From positions 1-64,000 of IMG/VR virus record IMGVR_UViG_3300032291_003205: a stretch of DNA of 64,000 nucleotides. One strand, 5' to 3'. Each line of letters starts with the position of its first letter. Position 1 is the stretch's first letter. The position numbers and the translations under genes are program-made. This document shows, one piece after another, positions 1 to 10,376 of this stretch. The stretch is from a virus. A model generated the notes under the pieces. The model saw only the letters and a program-made list of their open reading frames with translations, ran no database searches and was not told the DNA's origin.

Positions 1-150
1 AAAGAATCAAACAATGAATACCAAGAACAAAAGCAATCTTATGAGAACAGTGTAGAAATGTTTCCTATTGATTTTGCGAATTATTTAGAAGTAGGATTTA
101 TAGAAGGTGCAAAATGGATGCGTAATAAAATACAAGGAGGTGAGCAATGA
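1..150 (+). CDS. 3' part of a small hypothetical cassette-array protein (ends ...GFIEGAKWMRNKIQGGEQ)
   Basis: Open frame 1 from the window edge to TGA at 148-150; ends in the GGAGGTGAGCAATGA junction. Confidence 0.7.
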   Translation, partial: KESNNEYQEQKQSYENSVEMFPIDFANYLEVGFIEGAKWMRNKIQGGEQ

Positions 151-245
151 GCCTTGACTTAAACAAACTTGAAAACAAACTTGATGAAGCATTAATTAAG
201 GAAACAACTGAAACACTAACCAAATTTTTAAACGATAAAAGAATG
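147..245 (+). repeat. ~100 bp dispersed repeat, copy 1 (copy 2 at 56941..57039)
   Basis: atgagccttgacttaaacaaacttg...tttttaaacgataaaagaatg versus atgagtcttgacttgaacaaacttg...tttttaaacgataaaagaatg. Confidence 0.9.
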
Positions 246-440
246 ATAAACAAACAACCAAAACCACCATTAGGACTAATGCCACATAGTGTATTTTTAT
301 TAAGAAGATTAGAAGAGATTTTTCAAGCGATTGAAAGATACTATGAGGCAAGTATGCAAATTCCAATTGAATGGATTCAAGAATACAATTTGTTAATAGA
401 AATGTATAAAAATAATTTAGGAAACTGTGACAAACAATAA
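147..440 (+). CDS. Hypothetical cassette protein; N-terminal 33 aa shared with 56941..57258
   Basis: ORF track; MSLDLNKL.NKLDEAL..ET.ETL.KFLNDKRM repeat. Confidence 0.75.
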   Translation: MSLDLNKLENKLDEALIKETTETLTKFLNDKRMINKQPKPPLGLMPHSVFLLRRLEEIFQAIERYYEASMQIPIEWIQEYNLLIEMYKNNLGNCDKQ

Positions 441-741
441 ACAACAGACGGCGGTGGAATGGTACATTGAAAAACTACTCGATTTAGATTATGAATATGC
501 AAAAGGACTAATAACTTTGGCAGTTTGGAGTGAAAGAAAAAAATCTTTAATTGAACAAGCCAAAGAAATGGAGAAGCAAATGACAATGAAACTTTATAAT
601 GATTATGAAAATTATTTAGAAGAAGCATTCAAGAACCAATGCGGTGGTCAAGCGGTGATAATGTCATTTGGAGCATTTTACGACCAAACCTACGGAGAAG
701 ACGATAGTATTAAAATTAACAATGGAGGACATCAGATCTAA
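427..741 (+). CDS. MTNNKQQTA-family hypothetical cassette protein
   Basis: GTG start; N-terminus shared with 55848 and 56147; QAKEMEK and QTYG motifs. Confidence 0.75.
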   Translation: MTNNKQQTAVEWYIEKLLDLDYEYAKGLITLAVWSERKKSLIEQAKEMEKQMTMKLYNDYENYLEEAFKNQCGGQAVIMSFGAFYDQTYGEDDSIKINNGGHQI

Positions 742-911
742 TGAAGCTAGGTGGTATTGTTGAATTGTTGATTAAGATAATTACATTTGGACAAGGCCAC
801 CGAATTGCTTTATTCATAGCCAAAAAAATGGGTTATGATGATTGTGGTTGTAAAGCAAGAAAAGACAAGCTAGACTTGTTTTGGGACAAAATATTAAATA
901 AATTAAAGTAA
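741..911 (+). CDS. Small protein with DCGC motif (56 aa, below the ORF-track cutoff)
   Basis: MKLGGIVELL...GYDDCGCKARKDKL...; coupled by TAATG overlaps on both sides. Confidence 0.7.
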   Translation: MKLGGIVELLIKIITFGQGHRIALFIAKKMGYDDCGCKARKDKLDLFWDKILNKLK

Positions 912-1417
912 TGTTATTAAATTCAAATCAAATCGCAAATCACGTTATTGAATCAGAATTCTCTAAACGTGCACAAATTGGCATTGACCTATCAGTGTGT
1001 AAAATTGAGCGTATTGATGTGGGTTCTGTTGTCTATAAAGACAAAACTCATATTGATGCGACAGGTTATCATGAGCTTCCAACTCAACTTATAGACAATA
1101 AGGATTGTTGGAGACTAGAAAAGGGTGTTTACTCGGTTACATTTAACGAGGGTATTAAAGTTCCAGCTGATGCTGCTGCTAAAATTACTCACCGCTCATC
1201 TTTGTATCGTACAGGAACTATTATCGAATCGCCTTGGTGGGATCCAGGATTCTATTGTGACCAAATGAACACAACAATGATTGTAACAAGTGTTATTATC
1301 ATTGAAAAAAATGCTCGTATTGGACAAATTGCATTCTGGCAAGTAGGTGAGGTAGGAGAGCAGTATGGTGGTGAAGGAAGTCAATGGCAAGGATTAAACA
1401 CTGCTTACAAACAATAA
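911..1417 (+). CDS. Trimeric dCTP deaminase / dUTPase family protein
   Basis: GIDLSV, THRSSLYRTG, WDPGF, RIGQIAFW and C-terminal YGG..SQWQG motifs. Confidence 0.8.
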   Translation: MLLNSNQIANHVIESEFSKRAQIGIDLSVCKIERIDVGSVVYKDKTHIDATGYHELPTQLIDNKDCWRLEKGVYSVTFNEGIKVPADAAAKITHRSSLYRTGTIIESPWWDPGFYCDQMNTTMIVTSVIIIEKNARIGQIAFWQVGEVGEQYGGEGSQWQGLNTAYKQ

Positions 1418-1437
1418 TTTTTACATTTTCTTAATTT

Positions 1438-1463
1438 AAGGCTTGGGAAACCAAGCCTTTTTT
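1438..1463 (+). terminator. Intrinsic terminator overlapping the promoter of polB
   Basis: AAGGCTTGG-GAAA-CCAAGCCTT followed by a T run. Confidence 0.85.
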
Positions 1464-1474
1464 ATTATATTGAC
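1443..1474 (+). promoter_or_regulatory. TTGG-N19-TATATT promoter copy
   Basis: TTGG 1443-46, TATATT 1466-71. Confidence 0.7.
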
Positions 1475-1479
1475 ACCAC

Positions 1480-4146
1480 ATGTATCAAGCTGTATTTTAC
1501 GATAAAAACGAGAAACAATATTATTTACGTGATGATAGGTGGGATGGTTTTAAAACTGTTCAACATTGGCCTACCTATTATGTAGCTGATCCAGATGGTG
1601 AGTTTGTAACCTTAGAGGGTACACCTGTATCTCCTGTAAAAAAGATGGATGATTGGAAAAATCCTAAATACTTTGAAAAGGATGTAGATAAGGATACTCG
1701 ATTATTAGTTGATTATTATTACGAATCAGATGATACTCCCAAGTTCCACAACATTGTATTTTTAGATATTGAGTGTGAAATAGCAGGAGCATTAACTCCA
1801 GAAAACATTCGTAATCCTAAAGGTAAAATCACTTCTATTGCTCTTTATGATAATAATTCTAAAAAATATTATTGTTTAGTTTTAGATGAAAAACAAATTA
1901 TGAGTCCTAAATCTCATGATTTTAAAGAAGTTATCCCTTATATTAGTGAAAAGGATTTATTAAATGGATTTTTAGAGTTATGGATTAAGTTAGATCCTAC
2001 AATTTCATCTGGATGGAATAGTGCATTTTTTGATATGCCTTATTTGTATTTCCGTATGAAAAACATTTTAGGTGAAGAAACAGCATCTTACCTGTCTCCA
2101 ATAAATAAAGTTATATATAACGAATATAACAGTGATGACCCGCTAACAATTGGTGGTATTAATCACTTGGATTATATGTTGTTATTTAAAAAGTTTATTA
2201 CTAAACAAGAACCATCTTATCGTTTAAATGATATTGGTACTAAGTATGTTAAGTTAGGTAAGATTGATTATGAGGGTTCGCTTGATAAATTGTTTGTAGA
2301 CGATATAGATAAGTTTATTGATTATAACCTACGAGACGTAGAAATTATTGTTGAGTTAGAGAAAGCACAAAAATATATTGAGCTGACAGTTAATATTTGT
2401 CACTTATGTCATACCCCATATGATACAATTTATTATTCAACTGTTCTGAATGATGGAGCTATTTTAACTTACCTAAAACGTAAAGGAATAGTTTCACCTA
2501 ATAAACCAACTACTTACAATCCAGGATTAAGAGATATTAGTGTTAAAAAAGCTAAATTTGAATATGAAAAGGGCAATATTACAAAAGATGAATACGATGA
2601 AATAATATTATTAGCAGAATATGCTGGAGGTTATTTAAAAGATCCGGTACCTGGTTTATATGAGTGGGTTATTGATTTGGATTTTACTTCCTTGTATCCC
2701 TCAATTATTCGTTCACTTAATATGGGAATTGAAACATTAGTTGGTAGGGTTGTACATAGTGGTAAATTTGACAACCAGTGGTCATTAAAGGAATTAAAAC
2801 AAATGGACCCTGAAAGAGTTGTTGATATTGAAAAAATTAAAAAAGATAGAACAATTTCTATCTCTAAAATTAAAGTAGGTGACCTAGTAGAACTTATTGA
2901 AGAAAACGATTTATATATTTCGGCACCTGGGGTAATGTTTCGTAAAGACAAGTTAAGTGTTGTTTGTGAAATTTTATCAGACTGGTTTGCTAAACGTCAA
3001 GAATATAAACGTTTAATGAAAAAAGCATATAAAGTTGATAAAGACCCTGTAATGGGGGCTTTTTATGATAAACGTCAACATGCTTATAAAATTAAATTGA
3101 ATGATGTTTATGGTGTATTTGCTATTAATGGTTGGAGATACACAGATGGTAATAAGTTTATTAGTAAAGCTATTACTTTAACAGGACAACGTTTGTTACA
3201 AGAAAGTATTTCTAATATGAATGTTTATCTAAACAAGGAATTAGGTAATGAAATACCAGTAGATTATATTATTACAAGTGATACAGATTCACTATTCATT
3301 CAGTGTAAAGATCTATTAAAAGCAAGACATCCTGATATTGACTTTACTAATCATGAGGATGTAGTTAAAAAAATATTAGTAATTGCTACTGAGTTACAAG
3401 CAATGGCAAATAAGTTTATTGGTGAGTTTGCTGGAGAGGCTTTTAATTTAGGAGATGATGCCTTACACTATTTTGAATTGAAGCAAGAGGTTGTACTTGA
3501 TAGAGGTTATTTTGCTGGTAAGAGAAGATACGCCCAACACATTGTTAATAAAGAAGGTGTACCAACAGACGAACTAGATGTTAAAGGATTAGATTTGATG
3601 AAATCAAATTTCCCACCATTATTTAAAAAGTTTGGTGAACATCTTATTAATGAAATTATGTTTGGTAAACCCAAAACCGATATTGATAAACAAATATTAG
3701 ACTTTAGAAACGAAATAAGGACAATTAGTTGGAGGAAAATCCTAAAACCTACAGGATTAAAGATAATGAAAGAATATCTAGCATCTCCTCCATCAGCAGG
3801 TGAAATATTTTCTAAACTTAAATTAAAATGTCCTATTAATACTAAAGCAGCAATTTATACAAATGATATTTTACGATTTAAGAAACTAGATAAAAAATAC
3901 CCAACATTCCAGATTGGAGATAAAATTTATTTAGTATACCTAAAAGATAATCCATACAGAATAGATGCTATTGCTTTAAATGGTTATAATGATGCTCCTG
4001 AATTATTAGAGTTTGCTGAAAAATATATAGACAGAGATGGCTTATTTGATTCAGTTATGAAGAATAAATTAGAGTCATTATATTCGGATTTAGGATGGGG
4101 TGCTGTAGTACTTAATCCAAACATTAATAAATTTTTTAAATTTTAA
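1480..4146 (+). CDS. polB: Family B DNA polymerase with 3'-5' exonuclease domain
   Basis: Exo motifs DIECE and GWNSAFFD; polymerase motifs DFTSLYPSII, KIKLNDVYG, SDTDSLF, KRRYA. Confidence 0.97.
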   Translation: MYQAVFYDKNEKQYYLRDDRWDGFKTVQHWPTYYVADPDGEFVTLEGTPVSPVKKMDDWKNPKYFEKDVDKDTRLLVDYYYESDDTPKFHNIVFLDIECEIAGALTPENIRNPKGKITSIALYDNNSKKYYCLVLDEKQIMSPKSHDFKEVIPYISEKDLLNGFLELWIKLDPTISSGWNSAFFDMPYLYFRMKNILGEETASYLSPINKVIYNEYNSDDPLTIGGINHLDYMLLFKKFITKQEPSYRLNDIGTKYVKLGKIDYEGSLDKLFVDDIDKFIDYNLRDVEIIVELEKAQKYIELTVNICHLCHTPYDTIYYSTVLNDGAILTYLKRKGIVSPNKPTTYNPGLRDISVKKAKFEYEKGNITKDEYDEIILLAEYAGGYLKDPVPGLYEWVIDLDFTSLYPSIIRSLNMGIETLVGRVVHSGKFDNQWSLKELKQMDPERVVDIEKIKKDRTISISKIKVGDLVELIEENDLYISAPGVMFRKDKLSVVCEILSDWFAKRQEYKRLMKKAYKVDKDPVMGAFYDKRQHAYKIKLNDVYGVFAINGWRYTDGNKFISKAITLTGQRLLQESISNMNVYLNKELGNEIPVDYIITSDTDSLFIQCKDLLKARHPDIDFTNHEDVVKKILVIATELQAMANKFIGEFAGEAFNLGDDALHYFELKQEVVLDRGYFAGKRRYAQHIVNKEGVPTDELDVKGLDLMKSNFPPLFKKFGEHLINEIMFGKPKTDIDKQILDFRNEIRTISWRKILKPTGLKIMKEYLASPPSAGEIFSKLKLKCPINTKAAIYTNDILRFKKLDKKYPTFQIGDKIYLVYLKDNPYRIDAIALNGYNDAPELLEFAEKYIDRDGLFDSVMKNKLESLYSDLGWGAVVLNPNINKFFKF

Positions 4147-4165
4147 TATTTATAATAAATAAGTT

Positions 4166-4906
4166 ATGATTAATAAATTAGACCTAGTTTCGATTATTTC
4201 AAAGTATTTCCTTAATGGCAAAAACGAGGCCGTTAAATGGGATATTAAAGACAACAAATTAACAATCAAGTTTAAAGCCCCTGACAAAGCAATGATTGGG
4301 AGTGTCACTTGTGATACTTTTGATTTAGAGGATTCATCAATTGGTATTAGTAATACTACTCAACTACTTAAGTTGTTAGCTATTACAAATGGTCCTTTAA
4401 GTTTAGAATATACCAAGCAACATAAGTTAATTACAAAACTTATTGTAGCTGATAACCAATTTACACTTAATTATGCTTTAGCAGATACAATGATTATCCC
4501 CCCAGCCGGTGAATATGTTGGTGATAATGTATACAACATTGAGGCCACGTTAGATAACGAGAGTATAAATTCTATAGTGCGAGCAAAATCGGCTTTGGCC
4601 GAAACCGATACAGTTGTATTTAAACCGTTTACTAACGCTGATGGTGATTTACAATTAGAGATGTTATTTGGTGGAAACATTGAATACTCAAACAAAGTAT
4701 CATTTTACATTCCAGACATTATTACTCATGATTTACCATATGATTTTAAAGTTAATTATGATTCTAACATGATTAAAGAAATTATGTATTGTAATAAAGA
4801 CGTAGCACATTGTACTATGGGGATTAATTTGGATGGAATTATGAAATTAGCTTTTGATAACGGAAGTATTAAAAGTGAATATTATGTAATTTCTAAAGAT
4901 TATTAA
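4166..4906 (+). CDS. Probable sliding clamp (T4 gp45-like)
   Basis: 246 aa, two-domain alpha/beta pattern, adjacent to polB and near the clamp loader; call rests mainly on synteny. Confidence 0.6.
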   Translation: MINKLDLVSIISKYFLNGKNEAVKWDIKDNKLTIKFKAPDKAMIGSVTCDTFDLEDSSIGISNTTQLLKLLAITNGPLSLEYTKQHKLITKLIVADNQFTLNYALADTMIIPPAGEYVGDNVYNIEATLDNESINSIVRAKSALAETDTVVFKPFTNADGDLQLEMLFGGNIEYSNKVSFYIPDIITHDLPYDFKVNYDSNMIKEIMYCNKDVAHCTMGINLDGIMKLAFDNGSIKSEYYVISKDY

Positions 4907-4907
4907 T

Positions 4908-5123
4908 ATGAATATTCCACTAATTGCTATTAAAGACGAATTGTATCATGTTATTAGACAAATCCCAGAACATTCAGGAATTGATACAAACTTATTTAAA
5001 GGTTACACAAATACAACTCATGTATTTAGAAAAGATGGAATGTTTTGGTTTGTTCGCTTAATAGAGGAAGCTCAAATTGTTGAAGAAGAACAACCACTTC
5101 TTGAGGAAAATTTGGAATCCTAA
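4908..5123 (+). CDS. Hypothetical protein
   Basis: ORF track, tight packing. Confidence 0.7.
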   Translation: MNIPLIAIKDELYHVIRQIPEHSGIDTNLFKGYTNTTHVFRKDGMFWFVRLIEEAQIVEEEQPLLEENLES

Positions 5124-5143
5124 GGGAGAGTTCGTATATTACC
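5112..5143 (+). promoter_or_regulatory. TTGG-N19-TATATT promoter copy
   Basis: tttggaatcctaagggagagttcgtatattacc. Confidence 0.8.
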
Positions 5144-5159
5144 GGAAATAAAGACTGTT

Positions 5160-5480
5160 ATGACAAAAGAAAAAGAAGAGTTATCAAACAACACGTTTAT
5201 TAGAGACGAAAAAATTGAACCTTATTTTATTGGTAAGGATTCACACTGCTACACAGTTTATGAAACTATTACCCCTGACACACGTTACACAGAAGGTAAT
5301 GTAGCTGGAAAAGATTACACTAAAGCATTAGGACATTACAGTAATTTTGGAAATTGCCTAAAAGCAATTGCTCGTAACAAAACAAACGACAAACAAAATT
5401 ATAGTTCTATTTTAGAGTATCTTGAAACATACAAACAAATGGAAACAACAATCAATCAATTAATTAACACAGGAATATGA
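5160..5480 (+). CDS. Hypothetical protein
   Basis: ORF track; ATGA overlap with groES. Confidence 0.75.
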   Translation: MTKEKEELSNNTFIRDEKIEPYFIGKDSHCYTVYETITPDTRYTEGNVAGKDYTKALGHYSNFGNCLKAIARNKTNDKQNYSSILEYLETYKQMETTINQLINTGI

Positions 5481-5788
5481 AATTAGAAGCATTATACAAC
5501 GCAGTTATCGTTAAACCAGTAGAGGCAGAGGAAACCTCATACGGTGGAATCATTGTTCCCGATTTGGGAAATGAAAAGAACAAACTTGGTAAAGTAGTAG
5601 CAGTTGGAGACGGTTATTACTCAGTTACAGGAACTTACATCAAAACCATTCTTAAAGAAGGTGACACTATTATCTTACCTACAATGGGTTTTAGTAAACT
5701 AGAGCATGAAGGTGATGAGTATTGGATTGGTCCTGAAAACCAAGTGTTAGGTAGATTAGTAGAAGATTCAATTGAAGTACCATTTTAA
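5477..5788 (+). CDS. groES: Co-chaperonin GroES
   Basis: ETSYGGIIVPD and GKVVAVGDG; directly upstream of groEL. Confidence 0.93.
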   Translation: MKLEALYNAVIVKPVEAEETSYGGIIVPDLGNEKNKLGKVVAVGDGYYSVTGTYIKTILKEGDTIILPTMGFSKLEHEGDEYWIGPENQVLGRLVEDSIEVPF

Positions 5789-5795
5789 TAAATAA

Positions 5796-7409
<1,614 letters not shown>

Positions 7410-7419
7410 ATTTACAGGT

Positions 7420-7608
7420 ATGCAAGACGCAGTATCACTAATCGGAAAACTTATTAATATGAACGGTCAATTACTTACCGTTAAATCGTTATATTTTGTT
7501 CCTGGTACTGATAGGATTTTTGTAGGTATGGCCACAGCAGGTCATACCTACATAAATTATCCTATTGAGGATTTAATTCCATATTTTCAAAATCAAATCA
7601 AGTTATGA
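7420..7608 (+). CDS. Hypothetical protein
   Basis: ORF track; preceded by variant promoter TTGG(7384)-N19-TAAATT. Confidence 0.65.
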   Translation: MQDAVSLIGKLINMNGQLLTVKSLYFVPGTDRIFVGMATAGHTYINYPIEDLIPYFQNQIKL

Positions 7609-7871
7609 GCAAAACAGAAGTTATAGAAAAAAATATTGAGATTGCAAATCGAATCCCACCAGGTGATAGATGGCAAGTGATTGGTGTTGAAGGAATTCAA
7701 AACGGATTAACTGATGCTTTAGAAGCTTATTATAATGTATCTACTGTTAAACCAAATGCATTTAGGTTGGGTTTAACTGAAGGTAAACTTTATGCTATTG
7801 TAAGTAATGAGGTTGAAGTCAAAATTCCAGAACCTAAAAAATATTCAATTTACGGAGACTATGAGTTCTAA
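7605..7871 (+). CDS. Hypothetical protein
   Basis: ORF track. Confidence 0.7.
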   Translation: MSKTEVIEKNIEIANRIPPGDRWQVIGVEGIQNGLTDALEAYYNVSTVKPNAFRLGLTEGKLYAIVSNEVEVKIPEPKKYSIYGDYEF

Positions 7872-8799
7872 GAGAGAACACACTTTATGGGTTGAGCTTT
7901 ATAGACCTGATAGTCTAGAAGGTTATGTTGGTAATGAAAATATCAAACAAACAATTAACCACTACCTTCTTCAAAACGATATCCAGAACTTTTTATTCTA
8001 TGGACCTCCAGGATGTGGTAAAACTACACTAGCAAAACTTATTGTTAACAATCTTGATTGTGAATATATGTACATCAATGCAAGTGATGAAAATGGAATT
8101 GACACAATTAGGGAAAAAGTTAAAAGTTTTGCCTCTGTTGCCTCATTTAAACCATTTAAAGTAATCATTCTTGATGAAGCAGATTATATTACAATTCAGG
8201 GCCAAGCAGCGCTTCGTAATATCATTGAAACATTTTCAAGGTCAACTCGTTTTATCTTAACTTGTAACTATATTGAACGTGTAATCGATCCTTTACAATC
8301 TCGTTGTCAGGTATTAAAAATTGTACCTCCTTCCAAAAATGAGATTGCTTATCATATTATGAATGTCCTTAAACAAGAGGAAGTTGACTGTAGTGCTGAT
8401 GATTTAAAATCAGTTATCAACCAACATTATCCTGATATTCGTAAAATGCTTAACACACTACAAATGAGTGTTAACGGCAATGAAATAGTTGTAGATAAGA
8501 GTATATTAGTGTCTAATAGCTACAAAAACAAGGTGCTCGCGGAACTATGTAAACCAACATCTAAATCGTTTAATAACATTAGACAAATAATTGCTGATTC
8601 GAATGTAAGTGATTTTGAAGACATGTTTAGGTACTTGTATGACAATGTAGAAAAATATGCTCCATTAAGTGTAGGTGAGGTAGTAATTTATATTGAAGAA
8701 TACCAATATCATTCCAATTTTAGAATCGATAAAGAAATAAATACAATGGCTTTGATATCCAGAATCTTGTCATTAATTTCAAGTAAAAGAGTTATATGA
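7861..8799 (+). CDS. Clamp loader AAA+ subunit (RFC-small / T4 gp44-like)
   Basis: WVELYRP, GPPGCGKTT, INASDE, ILDEAD, LQSRC; start moved to ATG 7861. Confidence 0.95.
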   Translation: MSSKREHTLWVELYRPDSLEGYVGNENIKQTINHYLLQNDIQNFLFYGPPGCGKTTLAKLIVNNLDCEYMYINASDENGIDTIREKVKSFASVASFKPFKVIILDEADYITIQGQAALRNIIETFSRSTRFILTCNYIERVIDPLQSRCQVLKIVPPSKNEIAYHIMNVLKQEEVDCSADDLKSVINQHYPDIRKMLNTLQMSVNGNEIVVDKSILVSNSYKNKVLAELCKPTSKSFNNIRQIIADSNVSDFEDMFRYLYDNVEKYAPLSVGEVVIYIEEYQYHSNFRIDKEINTMALISRILSLISSKRVI

Positions 8800-8996
8800 G
8801 AAAATTTGTCCTATTTTTCATAATGTGGGTAGCTAGTAATTTATCTATTCCGTTTTGGGCAGTAGGACATATTCATCTAACCATGAATGTATATGATGAT
8901 ATTAAAGAAATAATAGCATCTTTCGGTATGAACATATTAGTTGCTACCGGATTTTATTTAGATTGGAAAAAACATAAAAAAGAAAACAATGAATAA
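8796..8996 (+). CDS. Small membrane protein
   Basis: Two hydrophobic stretches. Confidence 0.65.
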   Translation: MRKFVLFFIMWVASNLSIPFWAVGHIHLTMNVYDDIKEIIASFGMNILVATGFYLDWKKHKKENNE

Positions 8997-9249
8997 TAAA
9001 CAACAAATGAATGTCAATATTGACATCAAAAACACTAAAGCCATTACATCACCAGAAGGCAATCACGTTTTTGCTGAGGGTGTAATTTTACGTAAAGTAT
9101 CTCGTTTTGTAACAGGTACATCCGAAGACGGAGTTATCCCAGTACCTTGTTTTTATGATATAGCTACAGGAAAAGTATTAGTAGAATTGCTTCCTAAAGA
9201 ATTAAGAGCAGAATTTGAAGAGGGTTCAACTGAACATTCAATGGACTAA
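8989..9249 (+). CDS. Hypothetical protein
   Basis: ORF track. Confidence 0.7.
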   Translation: MNNKQQMNVNIDIKNTKAITSPEGNHVFAEGVILRKVSRFVTGTSEDGVIPVPCFYDIATGKVLVELLPKELRAEFEEGSTEHSMD

Positions 9250-9255
9250 TAAATG

Positions 9256-9933
9256 ACAATATTTGATGACTTTTTGATTTTATACCATATGTATAATCAA
9301 AAATAGTCATGATTGGAATTTATAAGATCACCTCACCCACAGGTAAAATATACATTGGGAAATCAATTCATGTTAATGAAAGAATCAATAGCTACAAATA
9401 TGCTAGTAGAAGACAATCTCAACATAAATTGAATAATTCTATTAAAAAATATGGTTTAGAAAATCACCTATTTGAAATAATAGAAGAGTGTATTGAAGAA
9501 TTACTTGATGAAAGAGAAATATATTGGATAAACTTTTATAATAGTGTAACAGAAGGACTTAATTTAAAATATGGAGGAGAAGGGGGTAAACATAGTCAAG
9601 AAGTAAAAGATAAAAAATCTAAATCTATGACTGGAAAAAAAGCCTCTTTAGAAACCAAACAAAAAATGAGTCAATCTAAAAAAGGACACTCAATGTATAA
9701 TGATGAATGGAAGGAAAAAATGAAACAAAAAACATGGGTAAGTGGAACAAGCTCCAAACCTATCCTTCAGTTTGATTTAGATGGGAATTTTATAAAAGAG
9801 TATGTATCTTGCGCTGAAGCAAAAAAGGCACTAAATACAACATCAGTTTCAATAAATAATGTTTTAACAGGTATAAGCAAAACAGCTCATGGTTACAAAT
9901 GGAAATATAAAGAATAGTTTTACAATATTTGAT
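9256..9933 (+). mobile_element. Endonuclease insertion bounded by the 12-bp direct repeat ACAATATTTGAT
   Basis: Repeat at 9256-9267 and 9922-9933; removing one copy plus the insert restores ATG ACA ATA TTT GAT TGG (MTIFDWLKE). Confidence 0.75.
9309..9917 (+). CDS. GIY-YIG homing endonuclease with NUMOD3/NUMOD1-like DNA-binding domains
   Basis: GIYKIT...IYIGKS, ETKQKMS, KPILQFDLDGNFIKEY...GYKWKY. Confidence 0.92.
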   Translation: MIGIYKITSPTGKIYIGKSIHVNERINSYKYASRRQSQHKLNNSIKKYGLENHLFEIIEECIEELLDEREIYWINFYNSVTEGLNLKYGGEGGKHSQEVKDKKSKSMTGKKASLETKQKMSQSKKGHSMYNDEWKEKMKQKTWVSGTSSKPILQFDLDGNFIKEYVSCAEAKKALNTTSVSINNVLTGISKTAHGYKWKYKE

Positions 9934-10344
9934 TGGCTTAAAGAGATAACAACAACGAAATCAGCTTGGTCTTCTTTTACAGAAGACCAGCAAAATTCGT
10001 TTAATTCTTACATGGTTCACCGATTTGTTAGTATGTATGAGGAGTATACCGAGGTTGCGAATTATGGCCAAAGGATACCATATCCTGAAAAAGAAAAAAC
10101 CTATAAATACTACTGCCATATGTTACCTAAAAAGAATGTCTTCCTTAAGTACGTGAAAAGTTCACGTAAAAAATCAAACGAACAATTGTTACATCACATT
10201 GCTAATCATTTTACAGTATCATTAGGTGAGGCAGAAGAATACATTGAGTTATTAAAAAAAGCCGGAGTAGAACAAATCCTTGAAAAATCAGGGGTTGACG
10301 AAAAGGAAATAAAAAAGTTACTTGCTTCTATAAAAGGAAATTAA
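9889..10344 (+). CDS. Probable clamp loader small subunit (T4 gp62-like)
   Basis: IFDWLKEIT...FNSYMVHRFVSM...LPKK pattern; proximity to the gp44-like gene. Confidence 0.6.
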   Translation: MVTNGNIKNSFTIFDWLKEITTTKSAWSSFTEDQQNSFNSYMVHRFVSMYEEYTEVANYGQRIPYPEKEKTYKYYCHMLPKKNVFLKYVKSSRKKSNEQLLHHIANHFTVSLGEAEEYIELLKKAGVEQILEKSGVDEKEIKKLLASIKGN

Positions 10345-10376
10345 AAAGTTCATTTTCTATATATTTATAATAGAAT

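Noticed and set aside
1480-4146. Intein in PolB
   Set aside because: The length is normal and no intein splicing or LAGLIDADG motifs were seen.
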